Source: a virus
Direction: 5' to 3' (one strand)
IMG/VR virus record: IMGVR_UViG_3300004369_000002
Coordinates: 40,840-104,839 of that record
DNA: 64,000 nucleotides
Position numbers and translations under genes: made by a program. Positions 48,768-56,657 of this stretch are shown here, piece after piece; position 1 is the stretch's first letter, and each line of letters starts with the position of its first letter. The notes under the pieces were generated by a model that ran no database searches, had not been told where the DNA came from, and saw only the letters and a list, made by a program, of their open reading frames with translations.

Positions 48768-51305
48768 ATGGCAGTCGGCCGATTTCGCTTACGCGTAGAA
48801 CCATACGACCCAGACGCAATCGACGCCGACAACGACGGCATCGTCCAAGAAGGCACAGCCTGGGAACGCCCAGGAGGAACTCGCATCGTCGACAGTCTTC
48901 TGAACGAAATACGCCGTGGAATGACGTCCACGAACCGGTCAAGTCAATTCCGAGTTGTTGACCGAAGCGGCAAACCGGTTAGTTACACCCCGACCTATAT
49001 GAGGGGTGCTGGACCACAAGCAGTTGCCCCAGAATCCGGCAAGCCGCTATCTGCACTCGGAGCCACTCTGCGCGAGCGGGGTTTGCGCCCTATCGGTGAA
49101 GGCAGAACGCTCAAAGACCGATTTGATGCGGCACAAGCCGCTGCTGCCGCCTCTAGATCAGTGGACGCTGGCGAACAAGAACGACGCGAAATCTTTGTGG
49201 CCGCACAAAGCGCAACCCAATCCCTATCGCTTCGTCGCGCCACAATGCTCGCTGACGTCATGACACCAGAGGAAGCACGCTTCCACGCTCAACTGGATCT
49301 TCAAGCCCAACAACTGCTCAATGCTGAACCCATCCCTGCAGTAGATCGTGCTGCTGCCCAAACACTCGTCCTCGCAGGAACATATTGGGCCACCTACCTT
49401 TTTGGCGGAGGAGAACTCGGCGGCGTTCTCAACGACATTGCGACAGGTGTTGGTGATGCTGGAATTCAAGAACAATTGGATGTTCTTTCCAGCATGTTCG
49501 TCATCGGTGGTGCAATCGGATTGAAAGCGGCTTTGGGCGGACTCACCGAACGTTACGGAACATCCAAAGAAAAAATCAGCGAGTTCGTTGACCGTTTTGC
49601 CGAAAGAATGCGCGCTCAGGGCGTGAAGTTCCAGGAGATGCGCGAAGACGTCGCCGAATCAATTCGTAACGTGATGAGGCAACTCGGAGCGTTGATGCGT
49701 CTCGGACCGAACCGTGATAGCAACAAGCCAGCAGCCGAAGAGATCGCCGAAGCAGCAGAACGTGCCGCCGAAGTGTCCGCAGACGCCCAACGAATTCTGG
49801 ACCGAAACGCTGAGATTGCCGACCGTATCGCTGAACTCGGCGGATCTCTCACCAACGACATCGACGACGCGTTCATCGAAAAAAACGGACCGTTTTCGGG
49901 GGCCGCTGCACTTGAACCAAAATCGCAAGCATTCGATCGTCGCCGTCGACGAATGGCAGCCGACTTCGACGCAGTTCGACGAGCAATTAGCAATGGTGGA
50001 ATTGTTGAAGACAACTCGCCAAACGTCAGGACGATAGAAGACCGGTTGGGGCATGGCAAGACAACACCAAAACTTAGTCAATTTCAATTTGATGGGATCA
50101 GCCCAGAAGTTAAGGAACTCATTGCAACAAAAACCGACGAAGAACTTTTTGAAATTATGGAACGTCGCGCCCTTGAATTCAATCAAGGATTAGATAAACG
50201 AGTTCGTGTCCGAGCCAGCCACGGCACCCTCCTCCGACTCGCCGAAGATGGGCGATATAAAACAACCCATGAAGCAAAAAGCCAACACAGCGGAGCAGCC
50301 ATCCGAGCAGGTTACGAAGTCCACCTTGGAATACCATACGAAGCCGAGGCCGAACTTCGGCCCGCCTCCGGCTATGTTCTTCACCCCGACTGGGAACGAA
50401 CACAGGCTGATCACCTGCGTCCAAACCTACGCAACATGTCCGACGAAGACATCAACAAGTTTTTATTTCCAGACGTAAGCAAAAATCCCGCCGGAAACGT
50501 CGCTATTTACGGGGAGACGGAAATTGTGTTAAAACCCGAGGTTTCCGGTCGCACGCAATATGGGCGTGGTGACTCCCTCACATCAAACCTTCGGCCCACA
50601 CAAATGGAATCCGACAATCCAGAAGACATTATGCATGCGTTGAACTGGTCCGGAGGACAGACAGACAGCGAGAGTGTCAAATATGCCACCAACCTTCTCC
50701 AAACGGAAGTTGATGGGCATTTTGGCAACCTCAACCTCTACCACCCTAAATACAATCCAGATGGAACGCGCAACACCGAAAACCTTCAACGCGGATATTT
50801 CGAAGCGTTGATTGGCGGATCATTCAGTGTCGACGACATCGAAAAAGTTCGGGTCAGCGTAAAAGACATGGACTCAATGACCAAAGGTGACGACGACTTG
50901 AGCGATGAAGGTTTTGTAGACGCGATCGCCAACCCCGACCGCCTGCGGGGCCTCGGTTTTAGCGACGAAGAGATCGCCTACATCATGGCCAATAAAGGTG
51001 CATATAACTTTTCGTCATGGTTCCAGGACTACAGGAATTTCAAACGACGCGAACGTGCTAAAGAAACACTGGACAACTTGGGATTTCCCGTGGAATACAT
51101 CCAGGATCTTCCCGGTGGTAAAGACCCATTCGACCTGGACTCTTACCGAGGGCGAGAAGAATACTCTTCAATTGAAGACCTTCTGGTAGCACGATCGCGA
51201 GAGAACGTGCTACAGGCAATGGAACAAGAGCGGCAGCGGGCGGAACGTCAAGCGTTGATCGATACCGGAATGCTTGTTGAGGATGAAGAGGAGAGTGTCG
51301 CGTGA
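48768..51305 (+). CDS. Large protein with DxDxDG N-motif, hydrophobic hairpin and DUF3626-like C-terminal domain
   Basis: DGRYKT.HE...R..YE...RP.SGY...YG...L...V..RT....GDSL...YFEA.I.G....DIEKV. Confidence 0.55.
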   Translation: MAVGRFRLRVEPYDPDAIDADNDGIVQEGTAWERPGGTRIVDSLLNEIRRGMTSTNRSSQFRVVDRSGKPVSYTPTYMRGAGPQAVAPESGKPLSALGATLRERGLRPIGEGRTLKDRFDAAQAAAAASRSVDAGEQERREIFVAAQSATQSLSLRRATMLADVMTPEEARFHAQLDLQAQQLLNAEPIPAVDRAAAQTLVLAGTYWATYLFGGGELGGVLNDIATGVGDAGIQEQLDVLSSMFVIGGAIGLKAALGGLTERYGTSKEKISEFVDRFAERMRAQGVKFQEMREDVAESIRNVMRQLGALMRLGPNRDSNKPAAEEIAEAAERAAEVSADAQRILDRNAEIADRIAELGGSLTNDIDDAFIEKNGPFSGAAALEPKSQAFDRRRRRMAADFDAVRRAISNGGIVEDNSPNVRTIEDRLGHGKTTPKLSQFQFDGISPEVKELIATKTDEELFEIMERRALEFNQGLDKRVRVRASHGTLLRLAEDGRYKTTHEAKSQHSGAAIRAGYEVHLGIPYEAEAELRPASGYVLHPDWERTQADHLRPNLRNMSDEDINKFLFPDVSKNPAGNVAIYGETEIVLKPEVSGRTQYGRGDSLTSNLRPTQMESDNPEDIMHALNWSGGQTDSESVKYATNLLQTEVDGHFGNLNLYHPKYNPDGTRNTENLQRGYFEALIGGSFSVDDIEKVRVSVKDMDSMTKGDDDLSDEGFVDAIANPDRLRGLGFSDEEIAYIMANKGAYNFSSWFQDYRNFKRRERAKETLDNLGFPVEYIQDLPGGKDPFDLDSYRGREEYSSIEDLLVARSRENVLQAMEQERQRAERQALIDTGMLVEDEEESVA

Positions 51306-51577
51306 GTGACAAGGTATTGGCCTGTCGAATCGAAGGTCAAGATGTTTATTTCATTAAACGTCCGAAGCCAGGAGAACAAAACGGATTCATTCGCAAAGAG
51401 TTCGGGGATCGCCCCATCGATTTCTGGTCATTCATCAGTCGATTCCCCGATATCGAAATCATCGACAACAGCGACTATCTGAAAGAACTGTGGTTCGGCG
51501 ACACCCAAACACGGGAGTGGGAAGCCGAATACCTCTACCACGGCAACCCACCCTCTGAGAATGTAGACAATAAGTGA
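51302..51577 (+). CDS. Small protein translationally coupled to the DUF3626-like gene
   Basis: GTGA overlap; 91 aa, acidic and aromatic. Confidence 0.6.
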   Translation: MSDKVLACRIEGQDVYFIKRPKPGEQNGFIRKEFGDRPIDFWSFISRFPDIEIIDNSDYLKELWFGDTQTREWEAEYLYHGNPPSENVDNK

Positions 51578-51648
51578 TGAATGCGCTATATTTATTGCCC
51601 CTACCGTTTTTGCTGATCCTAATCATGGTCCTCACTAACTGGGAATAA
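51577..51648 (+). CDS. 23-aa hydrophobic membrane peptide
   Basis: MNALYLLPLPFLLILIMVLTNWE; TGATG coupling. Confidence 0.4.
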   Translation: MNALYLLPLPFLLILIMVLTNWE

Positions 51649-51677
51649 AATCAGCAAATTACCCAAAATCAATCATT

Positions 51678-52007
51678 ATGGATATTTCTAAACAACTTCG
51701 CTATGAAGCGACAGGTGAAAACGGTGTGCTCCCCCCGCCCAGATATATCCCCCTAATGCTCAGTGCCGCCAACGAAATCGACGACCTCAACCACCAACTC
51801 CAAAAAAGTGACTCTGAATACGTCGACAACGCCCTCCGAGCACTCCAACAACTAGACGAAGAAACACGCAACGCCGACCGCCTCGCCGACGCCCTACATT
51901 TGCTCGCTGGTGCCAAAGGAGTACCCGCCCATCTGGTAGACATAGTTTTCGACGCCATCGAAAATTACGACAATTTGCGCCAAATTCGCCCAATATCAGA
52001 CACCTAG
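51678..52007 (+). CDS. Hypothetical coiled-coil protein
   Basis: AANEIDDL motif. Confidence 0.6.
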   Translation: MDISKQLRYEATGENGVLPPPRYIPLMLSAANEIDDLNHQLQKSDSEYVDNALRALQQLDEETRNADRLADALHLLAGAKGVPAHLVDIVFDAIENYDNLRQIRPISDT

Positions 52008-52017
52008 AAGGATAATC

Positions 52018-52488
52018 ATGAAAATGCGTTTACTAGCCGCCGCAACAGTCTCCGGACTACTCGGTTTGACCGCCTGCGGAGGAACCGAGACCGTCTACAT
52101 CGTTAGCGAAACCGCACCAGCCAGCGAAACAAAAGCGCCGGAAACAACTGTCGCCCGAACCACAACGACCCGCCCAGTAGAAACACGACCGCCCGCAAAC
52201 GTACCGTCCTACTCAGGCGATTACGACCCTGAAATGTACGACGATTTCCTGTGGACAAGCGTTAATGACTTCTGGTGGCTGTTCAGCAAAGATCAACTCC
52301 TGACGATGGGACTGCTCGTCTGTGAAGCCTTCGATTCGGGAGCCACGCTAGACGACGTCACCAATGAACTGCTCAGCGCAATGGCCAACACAAGCACCAT
52401 CTACCTGATGGAAGGACTCGCCGCCGTCACCGCTGGAGCAGTCACCTTCCTCTGTCCGGAACACGCCTGGTGGCTCAACACCATCTAA
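52018..52488 (+). CDS. Lipoprotein with DUF732-like domain
   Basis: Lipobox LTAC; T/P linker; G..VC..FD.G...AV..LCPEH. Confidence 0.75.
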   Translation: MKMRLLAAATVSGLLGLTACGGTETVYIVSETAPASETKAPETTVARTTTTRPVETRPPANVPSYSGDYDPEMYDDFLWTSVNDFWWLFSKDQLLTMGLLVCEAFDSGATLDDVTNELLSAMANTSTIYLMEGLAAVTAGAVTFLCPEHAWWLNTI

Positions 52489-52515
52489 CAACTATCTAGA
52501 TAAATCTATCCGCAC

Positions 52516-52797
52516 ATGAACGATATTCAAAAATACTTGGACCGAACACTTCGAACCTCTGTCGAAGCAGCCCAACTCACGCGCCTCAACGCGTCACGAC
52601 TCGCATCCTGGGCCCAAGCACACCAAATCCCCCACATGCACACCCAAGACACCCTCACTACACCAATCTCACTCCACATCTACGGGCGAACAAAAATGCT
52701 CATCGCCCGAGAGGGCGACTGGATCATTAAACACCCCACCCGCGGCTACGACGTCCTACCCGCCCCCATCTTCACCCACAACTACACAACAACATGA
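52516..52797 (+). CDS. Hypothetical protein (GDWIIK motif)
   Basis: IAREGDWIIKH..GY.V. Confidence 0.6.
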   Translation: MNDIQKYLDRTLRTSVEAAQLTRLNASRLASWAQAHQIPHMHTQDTLTTPISLHIYGRTKMLIAREGDWIIKHPTRGYDVLPAPIFTHNYTTT

Positions 52798-53051
52798 TCT
52801 CCTACTTCAAACGACGCAAACTCAAACACCAACCAATCGTCGACCTCACCACCTACAACATCTACGAAGACGTCATCACCGAATACCAATGGCTACACCG
52901 CCAATACCGGTACATCTCCGCCCGAGCCATCGCCCAACTGGAATGCAACCCCACCTGCGCCTGCGACGAAACCCTCCCCATCACCGGAATCCAATGCGAA
53001 ACCTGCCAAATCATCGAAGACTACGAAAGACTCACCAAATATGACAAGTAA
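52794..53051 (+). CDS. Hypothetical Cys-containing protein
   Basis: C...CAC...C..C; ATGA overlap. Confidence 0.55.
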   Translation: MISYFKRRKLKHQPIVDLTTYNIYEDVITEYQWLHRQYRYISARAIAQLECNPTCACDETLPITGIQCETCQIIEDYERLTKYDK

Positions 53052-53313
53052 CGAAACCGCCGACTACCAATACTTCTACAGTGACAGCACCTACAGCCTG
53101 ATGCGTCTCTCCGAACACAACCACGGGCTCAGAGAAAAAAATGCGGCCCTTTACAACGCCCTCGTCGGGCTACGAGACGCCGTCACCAACCACAACGAAC
53201 CCAACAAAACGCTCAAACAAACACTCGGGCGACACCGAAGCGAATGGCCCTACCTGTGGGACCAAATCGACCGAGCGTTAGACACCCTCAACGATTATGA
53301 ACAAAATTTTTGA
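53041..53313 (+). CDS. Hypothetical protein
   Basis: HRSEWPYLW motif; coupled. Confidence 0.6.
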   Translation: MTSNETADYQYFYSDSTYSLMRLSEHNHGLREKNAALYNALVGLRDAVTNHNEPNKTLKQTLGRHRSEWPYLWDQIDRALDTLNDYEQNF

Positions 53314-53401
53314 CATCATCCTGACTAGCGTCGCAATCGGCGCCTTCATCGCGTTCTGCTTCGCTCTCGCCAAAGCAGTCACCAGCCAAGATGACTTTTG
53401 A
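53297..53401 (+). CDS. 34-aa single-TM peptide
   Basis: MNKIFDIILTSVAIGAFIAFCFALAKAVTSQDDF. Confidence 0.5.
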   Translation: MNKIFDIILTSVAIGAFIAFCFALAKAVTSQDDF

Positions 53402-53480
53402 TACTTTCCTCACCGCAGCGTTGACAACCTACTTCATTTGCGGCATACTGATCGCCCTATGGAGCACACGACGCAAATAA
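53391..53480 (+). CDS. 29-aa single-TM peptide
   Basis: MTFDTFLTAALTTYFICGILIALWSTRRK. Confidence 0.5.
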   Translation: MTFDTFLTAALTTYFICGILIALWSTRRK

Positions 53481-53593
53481 GCAACGTGTTCGACCTCAGC
53501 GAATACCGCAACAAAAAAAATCGGGGCATCGAACAAGCAAAACAACAACACCCCACCAACCACAATCCAGATAAATCTAACCGCACCAAATGA
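53459..53593 (+). CDS. 44-aa peptide
   Basis: SNVFDLSEYRNKK...QHPT; ATGA overlap with the next gene. Confidence 0.45.
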   Translation: MEHTTQISNVFDLSEYRNKKNRGIEQAKQQHPTNHNPDKSNRTK

Positions 53594-54078
53594 TCACAAT
53601 AGAACTAGAACCCTGGGAATACGAACACGCCAGCAACGTCGGCATCCGCCGATACACAGCCAACTGGACCAAACCAGACGCCCCCCACTACAAAAAACAA
53701 CTCATGGAAGACGACCGCACCGCCCAAGTCGCAGCAGCCATCTGCGAACTCGCAGTCGCCAAACACACCAACCGCTACTGGCACGCCCACATCTGGCACC
53801 ACACCGAACACAACAAATACCGCGATCTCCCCGACGTCGGAAAAAACATCGAAGTCCGCCGCATCAGAACACAAAAACAAGCCGCAATCCGCAAACACCA
53901 ACTCGGCAAAAACCTCGTCATCTGGGTCGCCGAAACCATCCCACCCGAACTACGCCAAGTCAAACTCCACGGCTGGCTCAAACACGACGACGCCTGGGAA
54001 CAAGGAACCCCATCCACCTACTCCCCAGAAACCACACGAGTCATCTCAACCCAACAACTCAACCCCCCACAAATCTAA
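53590..54078 (+). CDS. PD-(D/E)XK-like phage protein
   Basis: CELAVAK...PDVG.NIEVR. Confidence 0.55.
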   Translation: MITIELEPWEYEHASNVGIRRYTANWTKPDAPHYKKQLMEDDRTAQVAAAICELAVAKHTNRYWHAHIWHHTEHNKYRDLPDVGKNIEVRRIRTQKQAAIRKHQLGKNLVIWVAETIPPELRQVKLHGWLKHDDAWEQGTPSTYSPETTRVISTQQLNPPQI

Positions 54079-54095
54079 CCAAAAAGGAACACGCC

Positions 54096-54374
54096 ATCAA
54101 AAAATACACCCCCACCCCCAAAAACGAAATCATCCAACACCTCAACAACACCGAACAAACCACCATCACCTACGACAACCTAGACGAAGCCCTCATCGGC
54201 ATCGGAAGCCAACACACCAAACCCCCCATCGCCATCTACTCACACCAACTCATCATCGAAACACTCATCAAACAAGGCATGACACCCGACGAAGCCATCG
54301 AATACACCGACTACAACATCATCGGACAATGGATCGGCGACCAAACCCCCATCATCCTCTACGACCACCACTAA
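54096..54374 (+). CDS. Conserved phage protein, apparent ATC start (not in ORF track)
   Basis: DNLDEALIG...AIYS...GMTPDEAIEY..YNIIG.WIG.QTPI; SD AAGGA 7 nt before the in-frame ATC. Confidence 0.65.
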   Translation: MKKYTPTPKNEIIQHLNNTEQTTITYDNLDEALIGIGSQHTKPPIAIYSHQLIIETLIKQGMTPDEAIEYTDYNIIGQWIGDQTPIILYDHH

Positions 54375-54483
54375 CCAATCAGATAAATCCAACCAAAACA
54401 TCGGACAGAAAAATATGGCACAGCACCGCCGCCGGTTTTGGGGTGCGCTCCGAAAGTCCCGCAGGGGTAGGGGGGTGGGGTGG

Positions 54484-54514
54484 TCGAACGTGTGTTCGTC
54501 GAACGTGTGTTCGG
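54484..54514. promoter_or_regulatory. Two tandem actinobacterial LexA (SOS) box-like sites
   Basis: TCGAAC-GTGT-GTTCGT and TCGAAC-GTGT-GTTCGG (15-bp direct repeat) against consensus TCGAAC-N4-GTTCGA. Confidence 0.6.
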
Positions 54515-54518
54515 TTGG

Positions 54519-54580
54519 TTGTCCACAGGGTTTTCCACTGTTTTCACAGGGTTGGGGGGTGGTTTTGGGGTTTGTCCACA
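54519..54580 (+). promoter_or_regulatory. DnaA-box cluster
   Basis: TTGTCCACA at 54519 and 54572; degenerate TTTTCCACT at 54531 and GTTTTCACA at 54540. Confidence 0.55.
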
Positions 54581-54600
54581 GGTTTTTGGTGTAGGTGGGG

Positions 54601-54629
54601 TTGCGTTTAGGCTTGTTTGTTGATAGGGT
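54601..54629 (+). promoter_or_regulatory. Sigma-A-type promoter
   Basis: TTGCGT-17-TAGGGT upstream of the metallophosphoesterase. Confidence 0.5.
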
Positions 54630-54672
54630 TGTGTTTGTTATTGTTATCTGATTCTTTTGGAAGGAGTTTGTT

Positions 54673-55425
54673 ATGCGTATCTTGTTTTGTGGTGACATTC
54701 ATGGGAATGCCACTCAGTTGCGTTTCGTGTACAAGACCGCCGAGGCGCATGGTTGCGAGTTGATCTGGTCGTGTGGTGACTTTGGGTATTGGCCTCACAT
54801 GGATAGGGGCCGATCGTTTTTGGACACCGTGGACGTACTGGAGGAGATGACGGGTATCCCGTTGTATTGGACTGACGGCAACCATGAGAACCACGATCTG
54901 TTAGATCGTTTGTTGTTGGAGCATGGCGATAGTGCGCCTATTGCGACGAGTGAGGGGTCGTCGTGGGTTCCTCGTGGATGTGTGGTGACCCTGGATGGGG
55001 TGACGTTCATGTCGTATGGGGGCGGGTATTCGGTGGACTGGCAACGACGCACGGAGGGGGTGTCGTGGTGGCGTCAGGAGTTGGTGGATGAGGGTCATGT
55101 GTTGGATGTGTCTGATTCACCCGTGGATGTTCTTGTGACGCATGACACGCCTTTGGGTAAGAGGTTGTCGTACAAGGATTCGATCCCGGAGTCCGTGGAT
55201 CAACGTCGAATCTTGACCGAGTTGGTGGATCGTGTTCAGCCTCGCCTCGTGTTCTCCGGCCATCATCACGTACGTGAGACGTTCCGTACTGCGACCCCTA
55301 AGGGGTGGGATGCGACTGTGCGTGTGTTGGGTCGTGATGGGATGGGTCGTGACAGTGTGTATGTGTTTGACACGAAACATTTGTTTAGGGATTCTTCTGA
55401 CATGGAGTTGACTTTTTCTGAGTGA
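54673..55425 (+). CDS. Calcineurin-like metallophosphoesterase
   Basis: GDIHG, CGDFG, DGNHE, VTHD and SGHHH; SD AAGGAG. Confidence 0.92.
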   Translation: MRILFCGDIHGNATQLRFVYKTAEAHGCELIWSCGDFGYWPHMDRGRSFLDTVDVLEEMTGIPLYWTDGNHENHDLLDRLLLEHGDSAPIATSEGSSWVPRGCVVTLDGVTFMSYGGGYSVDWQRRTEGVSWWRQELVDEGHVLDVSDSPVDVLVTHDTPLGKRLSYKDSIPESVDQRRILTELVDRVQPRLVFSGHHHVRETFRTATPKGWDATVRVLGRDGMGRDSVYVFDTKHLFRDSSDMELTFSE

Positions 55426-55436
55426 GGCATTACACT
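55408..55436 (+). promoter_or_regulatory. Leaderless sigma-A-type promoter
   Basis: TTGACT-17-TACACT; ATG 7 nt downstream. Confidence 0.7.
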
Positions 55437-55443
55437 CACACCT

Positions 55444-55650
55444 ATGAGCAATACACCTAACAATGAAAGGAACATCGACATGGACAAGCACCAGGAAGCA
55501 GGCATGGACCTGCGAGACCCCGCCCGAGACCACGCCCTCCGATTCGTCCAAGCATGGGTCGACCGAACCGGCGGAGACCCCCACGGACCCGACGCCGAAG
55601 CGATCTTCGAACAGGCCTACATCGACGCCATCATCGGAATGGAACTGTGA
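55444..55650 (+). CDS. Hypothetical protein
   Basis: Follows the promoter; alternative start at 55480 with SD AAAGGA. Confidence 0.6.
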   Translation: MSNTPNNERNIDMDKHQEAGMDLRDPARDHALRFVQAWVDRTGGDPHGPDAEAIFEQAYIDAIIGMEL

Positions 55651-55814
55651 TGAGATACGACATCAAACACAACCACATCACCGGCAAGTACCAAGTCGTC
55701 GACACAGCCAACCGCAACGCCCCACTATGGGGTGAAGAGTTCTACCTTCGGGCGCAAGCCAACCTACGAGCCGACGAACTAAACGGACGTCGACGCAAGC
55801 AGGCAACCCGATGA
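55650..55814 (+). CDS. Hypothetical 54-aa protein
   Basis: YQVVDT...A...ADELN motif; TGATG coupling. Confidence 0.6.
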   Translation: MRYDIKHNHITGKYQVVDTANRNAPLWGEEFYLRAQANLRADELNGRRRKQATR

Positions 55815-56227
55815 TCGGACGAAACATCCCCCACTTCGGCCTCACCAAAGAGAGCGACTGGACAAGCACAGCGTCAGCAGTTGGCCTATTCTTCTACCGG
55901 CTATCTGTCTCTATCGACTCAGCGTTCCACTACCGGCATACAGGAGAACTTATCACCGACGACGGCGTCAACCACATCGTGTGCGACGAACTGGGCCTCA
56001 ACATCGACCAGTTCGAAGAACTGTTCGCCAAGGGAGCCAACATCATCGAACACGACGAAGATCTTGCCGAGTTCTACGAGGACTTCACTCGCCGTTGCGG
56101 ACAAATGCTCTCAGCCCTCGGATTCACAGAAGAAGAAATCGACATGATCGCCGACAAAGTCGACGAAACCGACAACACCGTCGACCTCCTCAACGAACTG
56201 TGGAACCTCCCAGAAGCCGACGCCTGA
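55811..56227 (+). CDS. Acidic hypothetical protein
   Basis: ATGA overlap; D/E-rich. Confidence 0.65.
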   Translation: MIGRNIPHFGLTKESDWTSTASAVGLFFYRLSVSIDSAFHYRHTGELITDDGVNHIVCDELGLNIDQFEELFAKGANIIEHDEDLAEFYEDFTRRCGQMLSALGFTEEEIDMIADKVDETDNTVDLLNELWNLPEADA

Positions 56228-56240
56228 TACACTGGCCAAG

Positions 56241-56279
56241 TCATAAGGCAACACGCCAGGGCCAGCACACACTAGCCAT
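56241..56279 (-). CDS. 12-aa minigene MASVCWPWRVAL
   Basis: Perfect SD AAAGGAGG (56288-56295, minus strand) 8 nt upstream of the ATG. Confidence 0.4.
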   Translation of the reverse strand: MASVCWPWRVAL

Positions 56280-56372
56280 CTAGGTGGCCTCCTTTCAGTG
56301 CGAGGGTTGTCCTCCCACCTGCGCCTTACTTTCGGGTTGGGTTGCTAAGGCGAGTTGGGTGACACCTGGCAA

Positions 56373-56401
56373 CGAACCCCCCAGCCTCCACTGGGGGGTT
56401 C
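56373..56401. terminator. Terminator-like hairpin
   Basis: GAACCCCCCAG-CCTCCA-CTGGGGGGTTC between convergent units. Confidence 0.7.
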
Positions 56402-56657
56402 ACTTATGTACGGCCTTCTCCACCCGACGCAACACATCCCACCTGGCAGGAAGCCACCTAAACAGGTGAGCAGTCAGATAACCCCACACGCAAAACAACC
56501 ACACTCTCCGTCGAACCCGCGTGGACGCCTGATAGAACGCCGACGACAACGTCTGACCTCCAAGACCCAAAGCCAACACATCGAACAACACCACATACCC
56601 CACAAGCCCCAGCCAACCAAACGAGCCAGACCTCGCAGGGCGGGACTCACCAGTCAT
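56400..56657 (-). CDS. Small membrane protein
   Basis: GWLGLVGYVVLFD...TLSSAF...YLTAHL. Confidence 0.65.
   Translation of the reverse strand: MTGESRPARSGSFGWLGLVGYVVLFDVLALGLGGQTLSSAFYQASTRVRRRVWLFCVWGYLTAHLFRWLPARWDVLRRVEKAVHK

Larger units (their letters stand above)
54375..54672. other. Non-coding skew-switch region: candidate replication origin / packaging / regulatory locus
   Basis: A/C-rich to G/T-rich switch near 54430; G-runs; DnaA and LexA-like boxes; flanking 10-bp inverted repeat. Confidence 0.55.

Noticed and set aside
54484-54513. CRISPR-like or iteron array
   Set aside because: Only two adjacent 15-bp copies with no spacers; better explained as tandem operators
54240-54698. 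152-aa minus-strand ORF and 54329-54610 plus-strand ORF across the skew switch
   Set aside because: Low-complexity by-products of the biased composition; they overlap real genes and regulatory motifs
56232-56372. tmRNA or SAM riboswitch
   Set aside because: Too short and no tRNA-like ends for tmRNA; SAM-I/IV core elements could not be placed in order
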